Positions 12,601-20,288 of a stretch of DNA of 64,000 nt are shown here, piece by piece; positions within the stretch are counted from its first letter, which is position 1; the number at the start of each line of letters is the position of its first letter. The translations under genes and the position numbers were made by a program. This DNA is from Anaerohalosphaeraceae bacterium (GTDB taxonomy: Bacteria; Planctomycetota; Phycisphaerae; Sedimentisphaerales; Anaerohalosphaeraceae). The stretch lies in contig JBNRMN010000020.1 of the NCBI GenBank assembly GCA_050309605.1, forward strand, positions 64,001-128,000, given 5' to 3'. Below the pieces are notes generated by a model that searched no databases, had not been told where the DNA came from, and saw nothing but the letters and a program-made list of their open reading frames with translations.

Positions 12601-15600
12601 AGAAAATCGCACCCGCCGCGGCAGCACCGCCCCAGCCGCCGTCGCCGCCGCGTCCGCCGTCGCCGCCGCGTCCGCCGTTACCACCGGCGCCACCGGCACC
12701 GCCGGCACCGCCGGCACTCAGACTGGTATCCGGAAGATCAAGCCATTCTTCCAAACCTTCCGGCAATTCGATATCATCTGACGGATCGCCGCCGTCGCCG
12801 CCGTCGCCGCCGTCTGAACCGTCCCCGCCAGCGCCGCCATTGCCGCCGTTACCGCCGGCGCCGGCGTCACCGCCCATAGCAAAACAGTTTTCAACAGTCA
12901 CTTTTCGGATCAGCGGGGAGCTGCCGGCCTCGAAATACATCGCACCGCCCAGCCCGATGCCGCCGTCGCCGCCGCGTTCGCCGTCCTGACCCCGCTGGCC
13001 GTCCCGGCCATCCTGGCCGGCGCCGCCCGGCTGGCCGCTGTCGCCGCCGGTACCTTTTACAGCATAATACGTCTCGGATACGACCAGACCGCCATAACGA
13101 ACTTCGACGGTCACTTCCTGCGTCCCGTTGTTCAGCACACGACACAACACCGGACTATCCGGATCGTCCACTATCGTCGCATTAATCACACTCTCTTGGC
13201 GCGTCAAAATAACCGTTCGACTCAAAACCCGGCCATGGTAGAACGAACCGGTTACAATGATCTCACCCTCGGGCGTCCATTCCTCTTCGGGAAGCCACGG
13301 ATCCGACGACTGGAGATAGATCAGCCCCTGGTCTGATTCGACCGAACCAACAAACGGCATCCCGTCGTATTCATTCACGACGCGCAGCGCCGTCCCCCAG
13401 GTTTGCCCCCCGTCGTCACTGACCCGCATATACAAACAGCCTTCAGCATACGTTTCAAGCCAATTGGTCTGACCATCCACACTGAACTGAACCGTTCCGG
13501 CCTCCAGTTCCGCCGGCTCGCTCCAGCCCGCCGCATCGGCAAAGGAACCGTCGCCGGCTTTCAGGGCGGACATATACCACAGCGGTTCCGCACCGTCCGG
13601 CGGCGCGTCAAACCAATCATTCGGATCATCGCCGCTGCCGATCACATCAGGCCAATCGGGCGTGGGCGGCATGCTTTCAGCCCGCTTGAAAACATATTCC
13701 GTGTAAGTCGGCAAATCGGTTATGTCCGCCACGAAAATCTCGTCCAGCACATCGCCTTCAGGACCTTCGCGCAGCGTAATTTCAAGCATCGAATCAATAT
13801 CCTCTGCCGTCAGGTCAGCCGTATAACCCAACTCGGTTCCGTCAGGCAGATACATCATGATCGGACCGCCCAGAAGAACCATATCAATTCCCGCCACGGC
13901 CAGACGCACCTCAAGCGTCAGCACATCATCCGTATTTCGAATCGCCGTGCCGTTAACCGGCAAGATGTAATACACAATATCCGGCGATCCTTCAGCGCCG
14001 TCAGCTCCCTCAGCGCCGTCCTCTTGGGCGCTTGCGCCGTTTGCACCATTATTGCCGTCGCGCCCGGCGCGTCCGTCCTGCCCCTGAGCAAAACTATCCC
14101 GAATAACGCAATTGGCAATGGTCGGAGAAGCGCCGTTCTGCGCCAGGATGGCACCGCCGAAAGCATCCAGACCATTCGGATCGGCACTCTGCGGCGGCGC
14201 GGATTTTGGACCATTGACCGCGTATGCATTTTGGATGGTAAAGCCGCTGACAACCGTATCCCGACCTTCCGCCGGATACAGATCGAGGTCAAAGCCAAAA
14301 TGGAATGCCCGTCTCGGGCTATGATCCCCGCTTTCCTGACTGCCCTGGGGATCAATGATGGTTGCAGCCACAATGGCCGGATTGTCCGGATTTTCACTGC
14401 GCAGCGTAATCGCCTTGCCGTAAAAGACCAGATTCCGGTTGCCGCCGCCGGTATAAACACCCGGCTTGACCACAATCGTGTCGCCGTCGTTAGCCGCATC
14501 AATCGCCGCTTGAATGGTTGTAAACGGATACGGCACTTCCAGCGTTCGCGGGGGAGGGCCGACAATAACGGCCTTGGCCGGCGCGACAACGGTTTCATAA
14601 TCGGCGTCCGTCCGTCCGTCGTTTAAGTCGCGCTCATATTTCTGGCGCACCTTCGCCTCAAATTCATACCGAAAACCGATCTGCAGCGGCTGATTAACAG
14701 TCACTTCATGGATTGTATTATCCGTCCATCCGCTCGGCGTGGTCGTGCCCAGTTCAAGGATTCGTTCCGGGAAATTGGGGTCGTTGTAGTAGGGATTCGT
14801 GGTGGCGACACACTCGAATCGATATTCCACATCATTTTCATCGTAGGCCGGCTCCACTTCCATCATAATCCTCAACGTGGTGCCCATCCGTCTCGGCACA
14901 GCCTTCCATCGCGAGGGACTCGGCGCCGGAATCAGCGTATCCACCTCCGCCGCGGTTTCCGCCTCCACCGCCTCCGACCAGTGGCCGGTATTCTTGTTTT
15001 GCGATTGATCCTGGTAACGAACACGGAAGGTATAGGTCTGCCCCTCGGCGGCATTCCAGACCTGATACAACGGACTGGCCTGCCAGCCGCTGCTGAGCGA
15101 ATCATCTTCCAGACACTGAAACTCGTACAGCACACCGGAGATGTCCGTCGCCTTTGCGGCCCGCATCACGATGTGGTTCAAACCGGTGGCCGTCGGCTCA
15201 ATATCCCATTGAGCCGGATTCGGCGTCGGCGGAACACGGTCGTCCGCTCGCGCGGCCTGCACTGACTTGTACAGATTCAAACGACCGCTGGTAACACTCA
15301 AATCTTTCAGTGCGTCAACGGTATCGACCGTGGACATCAGGATATGTTTCACTTCCTGATACGTCAGGTGCGGATTCTCCGACAACACCAGCGCCGCGGC
15401 GCCGGCCACATGCGGCGAAGCCATTGAGGTCCCTGAAATGGAACCATAACCTTCGTTGGGAAAGGTACTCAATATATTTTGTCCCGGCGCTGCCAGATCC
15501 ACCGTGACCTTGCCCCAGTTTGAAAACAGAGAACGCTGATCATTGTGGTCGGTGGCCATCACCGAAATGACGTTGGGCAAGCGAAAACTTTGAGGCGAAC

Positions 15601-16561
15601 CGAATATGATATCATTATTGCTTGATTCATTACCGGCCGCCATCACAAACAGCACACCGGCATCTTTGGCCGCCTCAAGCGTATCGCGCAGCGCGTTGAC
15701 CTGTTCGGGCATCAGATAATTCTGAAACCCCCAGGAGGCATTGATAATATGCGCCCCGTTTAAGACCGCATATTGAATTCCTTCGATCGCGCCGGACAGA
15801 GCACCCTGAATGGTGCCGCCGCCTTCCCAGAAGACTTTACACGCCATCAACTGAACCTGCCAGCACACACCGGCAACGCCGATATTGTTGTTGCCGACCG
15901 CGCCGATGGTACCGGCAACATGGGTGCCGTGATAGTGGTCGTCCATCGGATCGGATACATCCCAATAGAAATCATACCCGTAAATATCGTCAACATAACC
16001 GTTTCCGTCGTCATCCACGCCGGCGATACCGTATAACTCCGCCTTGTTGACCCACATATTGGCCGCCAGGTCGGGATGCGTATAATCAATGCCGGTATCC
16101 GTAACTGCCACAATGATGTCGCGGCTGCCGGTATTCAAGTCCCACGCCGGAACCGCGCTGATGTCAGCGCCGGGCGTACCGCCCGTCTGTCCGGTATTCT
16201 GCATCCCCCACAACTCGTCAAACAGAGGGTCATTGGGAACATAGGCGGGATAGAGCATGTAGTCCGGATCCGCATAGCGTACCCCGATGGCAGCCTGAAA
16301 TCGGCTGCGCGCCGCGGCAACGTTGTCGCCGGCCGGCAGCTTGACCAATCCAAGACCGGGAACCATCGGATACATCTTTTCGATGGTTCCGCCGCCGGCG
16401 GCCTGAACAACCATCTGACGTGCCATATTCGCTTCCGGCGTAGTGCCCGTTTCACTGAATCGCACCAGCAGATAACCCTCGCGATACGCAGACTCCTGAG
16501 CGAACGAAAAACCGCAAATGAGGATAAATAATACCAGCCCCGCCAAAAACGTGTGTCTCAT
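3626..16561 (-). CDS. Giant (~4310 aa) secreted S8 subtilisin-family protease with FN3-like, parallel beta-helix, Gly-rich, InlB-B-like and dockerin/EF-hand-like domains
   Basis: Signal peptide MRHTFLAGLVLFILICGFSFA after GGAGG. Catalytic triad VAVTDTGID / HGTHVAG / GTSMASPHVAG. Many GGA(I/V) and FxxN repeats; paired ADLVLSGRIDLADF / GDLNFDRRVDIEDL motifs. Confidence 0.9.
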   Translation of the reverse strand: MRHTFLAGLVLFILICGFSFAQESAYREGYLLVRFSETGTTPEANMARQMVVQAAGGGTIEKMYPMVPGLGLVKLPAGDNVAAARSRFQAAIGVRYADPDYMLYPAYVPNDPLFDELWGMQNTGQTGGTPGADISAVPAWDLNTGSRDIIVAVTDTGIDYTHPDLAANMWVNKAELYGIAGVDDDGNGYVDDIYGYDFYWDVSDPMDDHYHGTHVAGTIGAVGNNNIGVAGVCWQVQLMACKVFWEGGGTIQGALSGAIEGIQYAVLNGAHIINASWGFQNYLMPEQVNALRDTLEAAKDAGVLFVMAAGNESSNNDIIFGSPQSFRLPNVISVMATDHNDQRSLFSNWGKVTVDLAAPGQNILSTFPNEGYGSISGTSMASPHVAGAAALVLSENPHLTYQEVKHILMSTVDTVDALKDLSVTSGRLNLYKSVQAARADDRVPPTPNPAQWDIEPTATGLNHIVMRAAKATDISGVLYEFQCLEDDSLSSGWQASPLYQVWNAAEGQTYTFRVRYQDQSQNKNTGHWSEAVEAETAAEVDTLIPAPSPSRWKAVPRRMGTTLRIMMEVEPAYDENDVEYRFECVATTNPYYNDPNFPERILELGTTTPSGWTDNTIHEVTVNQPLQIGFRYEFEAKVRQKYERDLNDGRTDADYETVVAPAKAVIVGPPPRTLEVPYPFTTIQAAIDAANDGDTIVVKPGVYTGGGNRNLVFYGKAITLRSENPDNPAIVAATIIDPQGSQESGDHSPRRAFHFGFDLDLYPAEGRDTVVSGFTIQNAYAVNGPKSAPPQSADPNGLDAFGGAILAQNGASPTIANCVIRDSFAQGQDGRAGRDGNNGANGASAQEDGAEGADGAEGSPDIVYYILPVNGTAIRNTDDVLTLEVRLAVAGIDMVLLGGPIMMYLPDGTELGYTADLTAEDIDSMLEITLREGPEGDVLDEIFVADITDLPTYTEYVFKRAESMPPTPDWPDVIGSGDDPNDWFDAPPDGAEPLWYMSALKAGDGSFADAAGWSEPAELEAGTVQFSVDGQTNWLETYAEGCLYMRVSDDGGQTWGTALRVVNEYDGMPFVGSVESDQGLIYLQSSDPWLPEEEWTPEGEIIVTGSFYHGRVLSRTVILTRQESVINATIVDDPDSPVLCRVLNNGTQEVTVEVRYGGLVVSETYYAVKGTGGDSGQPGGAGQDGRDGQRGQDGERGGDGGIGLGGAMYFEAGSSPLIRKVTVENCFAMGGDAGAGGNGGNGGAGGDGSDGGDGGDGGDPSDDIELPEGLEEWLDLPDTSLSAGGAGGAGGAGGNGGRGGDGGRGGDGGWGGAAAAGAIFFENSCLPEVEDSVFVGNTAITGLGNVAGNGGNGGNGGASGAGGAGGSGGGDAPDGEDGPDGQGGDGGRGGDGGDGGLNGFGKGITMDGAIGGAIVLEFNCRISITGCRFENNLSSDLVESFSYDGGAGGNGGDGGENGGNGGDGGNGGMGGNAGDGNAVGAGGAGGNGGAGANVGGNGGNGGSGGPGAPGGAGGAGGAAGENGQSGANGPSGGGLVPTRLNRSMGGAIFLYDNVNLTVVDSAFLDNQSEGDHGGAVCVFFSGSSMTFEDTLFEGNQAGGEGRGDGMGGGSGGAIHAYATTSFDVLRCTFQYNRAIGEGDGGAISYLPTYQMFAVPGPLRVVDSVFTGNRAGPAVTSTRLSSVGGAINIAVEDTFRGNYPKVDILRTSFTSNMAEYGGGLAAVEADMTIEDCQFTANRAEFGGGAYWWYSNAQITNCDFVQNSAEQLINSPNPGALGGAFYAGNSSANVTNATFVANSADHAGGAAFILGPWYYVAYDLGDDDAVQAFTNCLFVENEAGLSGGAVAVMNGGDPAFRFCTLTENTVIDYVGHGGAISCGYDHFAGQWDEEWDEWEGLFSSYVLVENSILWDNLAVFGPQAAVGDPLKAYNLPSTLELSYTNIEEGVEGVYLGEPYGNPWVFDAGGLLDADPMFIQARQPNPDDPTTRTFYLSQTAAGQFEPDSLSVNSGLGSATELETLLGFPVTTRTDHEPDTDAVDLGYHYNAAVPVASFRLDIAVIVADYYPFGKLVAEYSRDGVPQSIETDGTEPSHIEIKQGVHVRLIAVPDDEKYRVRKWVGTDDDRSFELLNRVTMSGPRNVQVEFELAIAKRLFVPESYTGIEDAVQAARSGDTIVLAPRTGQPYTITNPEGINFGGKQLKLTSTNPLDPDVVANTVIDVQGNRYNRKRAFIFNNGEDENTVIEGITIRNAFWAGAIGLSGVLDTGIWPPDPSIEPPPPVRALSGLDAVGNGYGGAILVANGSSPIIRHVVFENCTVAGGIGGDGNDGYPQNTQGLEGDIDGQSGGHGGDGAGNGYGGAIAVIEGSNPVIQHCVFENNRATGGWGGIPGHGGFAVGNGRYSWGGDAGNGRGDGRGGAIYIEQGCNPLVTDNEFKNNFARLGYVSSGGLARGGNEYPDPWHEENWPIEARNGAAGFLTSEGTVAGGAVFYGQGYKRPEQPDVPKEADLKNTVFENNSAYMSIASNLVLTYDTIEGEAYDFTRGGAIYADPNVTLAIDNCKFEGNLGGAVYADTGSALTIARSRFEKNATYDPELGIESIVNLEQYYIPGLTEPDDPPAGAITVEADAAQAPVITECEFIGNLSEGSGGAIQTKSDITIGNSSFAANDAILRGGALFAYHHIPDPNTDTLLVNLYDTEFTYNRSDELGGAIYAKNNILTMQDTQFVGNKAPSGGGMLVVESELELDSGLFVANEATGLRPTFEMVVDLGSGIVFSIPVGEGSDHLTPLDEGVGGGLYLVDTKTWMADTRILNNAAKGASASGGGLCINGGVDDFITHSLHNCLIAENTTEGNGGGVKVMTYANPWFSNCTIADNTAEKLGGGLFIDWSSKAQTENSIIAGNSPIGIYEQAQSSGGHTGDATITASLFYGNTGGDLYDAQTEIIYTGAAQLNSVAGVSGAVSANPMLVEGPLGAYYLDPTSPAVNAGNISAVLAELNQYTTNPAFPVIFDTGNVDLGYHYNPADMDRQFSLSVAVLDDSGNIRGTVALSPEGDSPGTYYYGQIVEMTAMPYSEYVITGWSGGTVNDQSAAMANKVIMTRDKDITVHARRRQTYFVGLASGLPSLQDAIDLAQDGDTIIVNPGVYNAPVSTPGEGAFIGALREINLDGKDLRISGIKPDDEDTVRNTVFSQYAFNLFNVTEKTVIEGITITNRHGSNIGQAGFGGGFGAVTIYNGNPVLRNVIFSENLISGWSGDRQLGCPDAMDGANGGNVSGSAVVVIESSPYFVNCQFEDNVITGGDGQNGAGGCNAHPEGGDGGWPGRAYGGAVYVAFSSKPVFENCTFTGNQAIGGVAGNGGDGIVVANTSYRGGRGGAFLFPDSIENDRENYWWWWDGWELGDKYAFYGAFFGSYDWSVWSKWFGWDQWNSWQEFFASTQFQQAGTTDPKIDGYEDYWKYSAFGGAVYVGYLSEATFVGCTFEGNQTQGGLSGIGGRSGNGDLPTPDRQLNLPNAGGAVYAAYESKLIFDDCIFVDNLADTSVVDLPLALEVSFGGAVAYEFDCEVVFKNTILEGNRAAVGGAVYGRDSLIEIADCNAFDNEAYLGGGLYFDYGSASLTHTLLHNNKAKTPTIEITPPDDDDDDDDDDQDVPPTPIASDSMLGQGGGLFAAGGVLDVSHSAFFRNLAVVSGGGVYIGGILDEPANLFNCLFAENLAGRDGAGASVNWESVASFGNCTFADNKDHGALGFTLRGGGLYTGHGAAVDVINSIFWGNKAEQGRGDQIRVGAGFEQDPRPSTLTISWSNVQAFGSAAAISVAGDSIYTVGDGMLGADPAIHNPLFTEPLDIEPQDVYRRYYLDIGSPAIDAGYETAAYWGLNEFTTNIFGARDRGEVDMGYHYRIISKAPCSFADLVLSGRIDLADFAEFASAWLYHEQYDPCGEGNDWCSGGDLNFDRRVDIEDLLSFTTCWLEEDKEAPRPNPSLWVIEPNAVPGTFDTVNMMIAETHDNWWPDEYLEFEFECVDFPQFSSGWQSDPFYQVAGLTPGFTYAFRTRARDGSGNETAFSVVNPAMDRGIVTPGSNTEIPQAEFEVLPLVSGPLAISMTARAYSSFPGVASLPSGFAIRYQFAETISTTPTPTVSGFESLNRMQTRQNLSPTTLGLIYTYQVRMVLVNLDTGAEITAGDWSEPAAVVLAEVDVTPPTPDPAAFTELSPFQQSVTGNFYQVMVAVEAEDDSGVEYRFRAYQSETSGTVVYDSGWRNVDNVANLPPFPDGTPQAGLPHQYWQPVTTSNLFYWWTVQYRDRSPAQNLGTPSPRKRVTNTLP

Positions 16562-16691
16562 GACACCCTCCGAAAAAAAAGTTCCGTTTTTCATCATTCT
16601 TTCATCCTGATAAGTTAAAGGTTATTCGCCGTTAAAAACAGTCGCCTGCACGCACGGCGCAACAGGCTTGCACGTTCGATAATCCTTTACC

Positions 16692-16720
16692 TTATCGGAT
16701 AGTGGCATTCGTGAGTTTAA
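16692..16720 (-). promoter_or_regulatory. Putative sigma28 (FliA/SigD-type) promoter upstream of the giant protease gene
   Basis: Minus strand TAAA-N16-TCCGATAA versus consensus TAAA-N15/16-GCCGATAA, ~130 bp upstream of the ATG. Confidence 0.55.
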
Positions 16721-17023
16721 CTACTTGTATAGCAGAAATACGCTGCGATGTCAACCCCGCAAAGATGCGTTACACGCCCACTCTGTTCAACCTGCATTTT
16801 ATGGGACCTGGAAAATCCGTGGCCGCATTTCCATAAAACGTCCGATAGACTCGTCCCTGACAGACTTATTATAGTAGATTTTTCCCCGAAACATAAAAAA
16901 AACAGGATTTTTTCAAAAAAATTTGAAATTTCTGCACCTCTGCGTGTAAAATGCGGCGTTTGTCGGACTGCCGGAATAATCTGTCCTGTTCCCTGTAAAC
17001 AACACATTTTGAATGCCCAACGT

Positions 17024-18304
17024 ATGAAATTACAGACACAAAAATCGATCTTAAAAGGCGAGGTTTCGATCCCCGGCTCAAAATCGCATACGATTCGCGC
17101 CGTGGCGATCGCGTCGCTGGCCGAGGGGCAAAGCCGTCTTTGCCGGCCCCTGATATCCAGCGACACGCTCAGCGCGACAGACTGCTGGCGCGCCCTTGGG
17201 GCCGAGATCGACACATCCCACCCGGATCAGTGGGTGATTACCGGAACCGGCGGACGGATTGAAAACCAAAATCAGATTATTGATGTCGGAAATTCAGGGA
17301 CGACCTTGCGGCTTGGCCTCGGTTCAGCGGCCCTGGGCCATCCGGACGGGGCGGTTACCTTCACCGGCGACCATCAAATCCAGACCCGGCTACTGAATGA
17401 TTTGATCGGTTCGCTCAACGATCTCGGCGCACATATTCGATCGCTCAAGAATAACGGCTGCGCCCCGGTCATGGTCTCGGGTCGGCTCAAAGGGGGGCGG
17501 ACCTCGATCGCGTGTTTTACCAGTCAATATCTGTCCAGTTTACTGCTGGCCTGTCCGCTGGCCGACGACGATACGGAGATTGAAGTAACGCTGCTCAATG
17601 AGCCGGATTATGTACAAATGACGCTGGACTGGCTCGACAAACAACAGATTGATTATAAAAACAACAACTTAAAGACCGTTTATATCCGGGGCGGTCAGCG
17701 TTTTAAGGCCTTTGATGAGCGGATTTGTGCTGATTTTTCCAGTGCGACGTTTTTTTTGTGCGCCGGCGCGCTGTGTGGACAGGATGTCCTCATTCAAGGG
17801 CTGGATTTCGGCGACAGTCAGCCGGACAAAGCCGTTGCGGATTACCTGCGGGCAATGGGCGCCGATATTCGACAGGAAGAGTCAGGGATTCGCGTCCGAA
17901 AATCTGCCCTGAAAGGGATAGAAATTGATATGAACCGCACCCCTGACGCCCTGCCGGCCATGGCGGTAACCGCGGCCTTTGCCGAAGGGACCACGCGGCT
18001 GGTCAATGTGCCGCAGGCGCGCAAGAAGGAAACCGACCGGATCGCCTGTATGGCCGCCGAACTGACGAAAATCGGGGCTGAGGTCGAGCAATTGCCTGAT
18101 GGACTGGTCATTCACGGCGGTGCAACGCTGACGGGCGGGCCGGTCTGCGGCCATGCCGATCATCGCATTGTAATGGCGCTGGCGGTGGCGGGCTTGGCGC
18201 TGGATGAGCCGCTGGAAATTGACACCGCCGAGGCGATGAATGTTACTTTTCCCGGATTTGTGGATTTGATGAAAACGCTGAATGCCAAACTGAACCTTCA
18301 ATAA
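17024..18304 (+). CDS. aroA: 3-phosphoshikimate 1-carboxyvinyltransferase (EPSP synthase)
   Basis: IPGSKSHTIRA, DVGNSGTTLR, TSQYLSSLL, ARKKETDRI, DHRIVMA. Start taken at ATG 17024. Confidence 0.95.
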   Translation: MKLQTQKSILKGEVSIPGSKSHTIRAVAIASLAEGQSRLCRPLISSDTLSATDCWRALGAEIDTSHPDQWVITGTGGRIENQNQIIDVGNSGTTLRLGLGSAALGHPDGAVTFTGDHQIQTRLLNDLIGSLNDLGAHIRSLKNNGCAPVMVSGRLKGGRTSIACFTSQYLSSLLLACPLADDDTEIEVTLLNEPDYVQMTLDWLDKQQIDYKNNNLKTVYIRGGQRFKAFDERICADFSSATFFLCAGALCGQDVLIQGLDFGDSQPDKAVADYLRAMGADIRQEESGIRVRKSALKGIEIDMNRTPDALPAMAVTAAFAEGTTRLVNVPQARKKETDRIACMAAELTKIGAEVEQLPDGLVIHGGATLTGGPVCGHADHRIVMALAVAGLALDEPLEIDTAEAMNVTFPGFVDLMKTLNAKLNLQ

Positions 18305-18317
18305 CGGAACGCTCATA

Positions 18318-20222
18318 ATGACACACATGCTGAACTTTGAAACCAATCGGCAGCGTTTTGAACTGCCTGAACAAATTGAATCGATTCTGGATCGTTGTCC
18401 GAGTTGCCTGTACCCGAAAAGTCGGTCAGAGATTCTCACTCTGGCGATGGGCGGCTGCGGAGATGATGTCTTTGAAGTGGCTTATGACGTGCCCAACAAA
18501 GGCAAAGTGGTTGAAGCCGCGGTCACCCGCTGCAAAAACGGACTGGCAGTCAATTACGTCGAACCGTATATGCGCCGACGCGACCCGGATTGTATGGTCG
18601 TCGCCGATGTGGGCGAAACCGATAAATCACGGTTTGACCAGCGATTCGGAACCTCTTTTGAGCCGCTTCGTGAGGAAACCTTCCACTGGCTGGCCTCGCA
18701 GGAGTTGGTGGTTACCCTGTTTACCATCGGCGCGTTTGAGGCCGACTCCGGGCAGGGCGCAATGCTGATCGCGCCAAAGAACGCGGGCTTTTTCGTCGGC
18801 GGGCTGGCGGACTTGCAGGGAATGATTCGACCGGACAGCGTGCCGGCCAATTTTCGGGTTCGCAGCGTGATCTATCTGGCGCCGCCGTTTCGCCACACCC
18901 ATTTCAACGGCAAACAAATTGTCGTCCATAACCGGCTCAGCGGCCTGCACGAGGTCTTTGCGTACAATCTGTATCCCGGCCCCAGTGCCAAAAAAGGCGT
19001 CTATGGCGTGCTGCTGACCCTGGGCGAAAGCGAAAACTGGCCGACCCTGCACGGCTCGACCGTCCAGGTGGTAACGCCCTATGACAACATCACCACCATT
19101 ATGCACGAAGGCGCCAGCGGCGGCGGCAAAAGCGAAATGCTTGAATACGTCCACCGTGAGGAAGACGGTCGGCTTTTGCTGGGTGAAAACATCATCAGCG
19201 GCAAAAAACGTTTTCTGGTGCTCAATCAGGCCTGCCATCTGAATCCCGTCACCGACGATATGGCGATGTGTCTGCCGACGGACCAAAACACCTCCGAATA
19301 TCTGATCGCCAAAGACGCCGAGCAGGCGTGGTTTGTGCGACTGAACCACATTCGAAAATACGGCACCGATCCGCACCTTGAGGGGATTACCATCCACCCG
19401 CCGGAGCCGCTGATTTTTCTGAACCTGCAAGGCGTGCCGCATTCGACCTGCCTGATCTGGGATCACACACAAGACAAACCCGGTCTGCCGTGTCCGAATC
19501 CGCGGGTGATTCTGCCGCGACGGTTTGTACCGGATGTCGTTGAAGAGCCGGTCGAGGTCATGATTCGCAGTTTCGGCATTCGGATGCCGCCCTGCACCAA
19601 AGAAAGCCCATCTTACGGGATTGCGGGCTATCTGCATGTGCTGCCGGCCGGTCTGGCGTGGCTGTGGCGTTTGGTGGCGCCGCGCGGCCACGACAACCCG
19701 AGCATCACCGACACGGCCGGGATGACCAGCGAAGGGGTCGGCTCCTACTGGCCGTTTGCCACCGGACGAATTGTCGATCATGCCAATCTGCTGCTGCGGC
19801 AAATTCAAAGCACGCCCAAGGTGCGTTATGTGCTGATGCCCAATCAGCATGTCGGCGCATGGCGGGTCAGCTTTATGCCTCAATGGATCAGCCGGGAGTA
19901 CCTCGGACGGCGCGGCGTGGCCCGCTTTCACCCGCGTCAGCTTCAGCCGTCGCGCTGTCCGCTGCTCGGATATGCCTTTACCTCGATGCAGGTCGAAGGA
20001 ACGCCCCTGTCGCCGATTTTCCTGCAGGTTGAAACCCAGCCGGAAGTCGGACAGGAAGGCTACGATGCCGGGGCGGAAATCCTGCAGAAGTTCTTTGAAC
20101 GCGAACTGAAAAACTTCCTGCATCCCGACCTCGACCCGCTCGGCAAACAAATAATTGCCTGCTGCCTTGACAAAGGAACCGTAAAGGAATATGAAGACTT
20201 GATGTACAACGTCTTTATATAA
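18318..20222 (+). CDS. DUF4914 family protein (PEP-carboxykinase-like P-loop)
   Basis: EPYMRRRDPDCM, YNLYPGPSAKKG, HEGASGGGKSEM, VTDDMA, SEGVGSYWPFATG; 634 aa. Confidence 0.8.
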   Translation: MTHMLNFETNRQRFELPEQIESILDRCPSCLYPKSRSEILTLAMGGCGDDVFEVAYDVPNKGKVVEAAVTRCKNGLAVNYVEPYMRRRDPDCMVVADVGETDKSRFDQRFGTSFEPLREETFHWLASQELVVTLFTIGAFEADSGQGAMLIAPKNAGFFVGGLADLQGMIRPDSVPANFRVRSVIYLAPPFRHTHFNGKQIVVHNRLSGLHEVFAYNLYPGPSAKKGVYGVLLTLGESENWPTLHGSTVQVVTPYDNITTIMHEGASGGGKSEMLEYVHREEDGRLLLGENIISGKKRFLVLNQACHLNPVTDDMAMCLPTDQNTSEYLIAKDAEQAWFVRLNHIRKYGTDPHLEGITIHPPEPLIFLNLQGVPHSTCLIWDHTQDKPGLPCPNPRVILPRRFVPDVVEEPVEVMIRSFGIRMPPCTKESPSYGIAGYLHVLPAGLAWLWRLVAPRGHDNPSITDTAGMTSEGVGSYWPFATGRIVDHANLLLRQIQSTPKVRYVLMPNQHVGAWRVSFMPQWISREYLGRRGVARFHPRQLQPSRCPLLGYAFTSMQVEGTPLSPIFLQVETQPEVGQEGYDAGAEILQKFFERELKNFLHPDLDPLGKQIIACCLDKGTVKEYEDLMYNVFI

Positions 20223-20288
20223 CCTAAGGGCGTTGCGAGTTATCGATGGCTCCGGACTCGAACAATCGATATTGAATCAGGACGCACA

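Noticed and set aside
11717..12989. Ala/Pro-rich ORFs over the giant gene
   Set aside because: Alternative-frame readings of the Gly-repeat DNA.
16748..17023. 92-aa N-terminal extension of AroA
   Set aside because: AT-rich promoter-like DNA; AroA similarity starts at MKLQTQK (17024).
18627..20150. Long antisense ORFs (also 10271-11536, 21795-23033, 47948-49504 and others)
   Set aside because: They mirror well-supported genes on the opposite strand, as expected from high-GC codon bias; no motifs.
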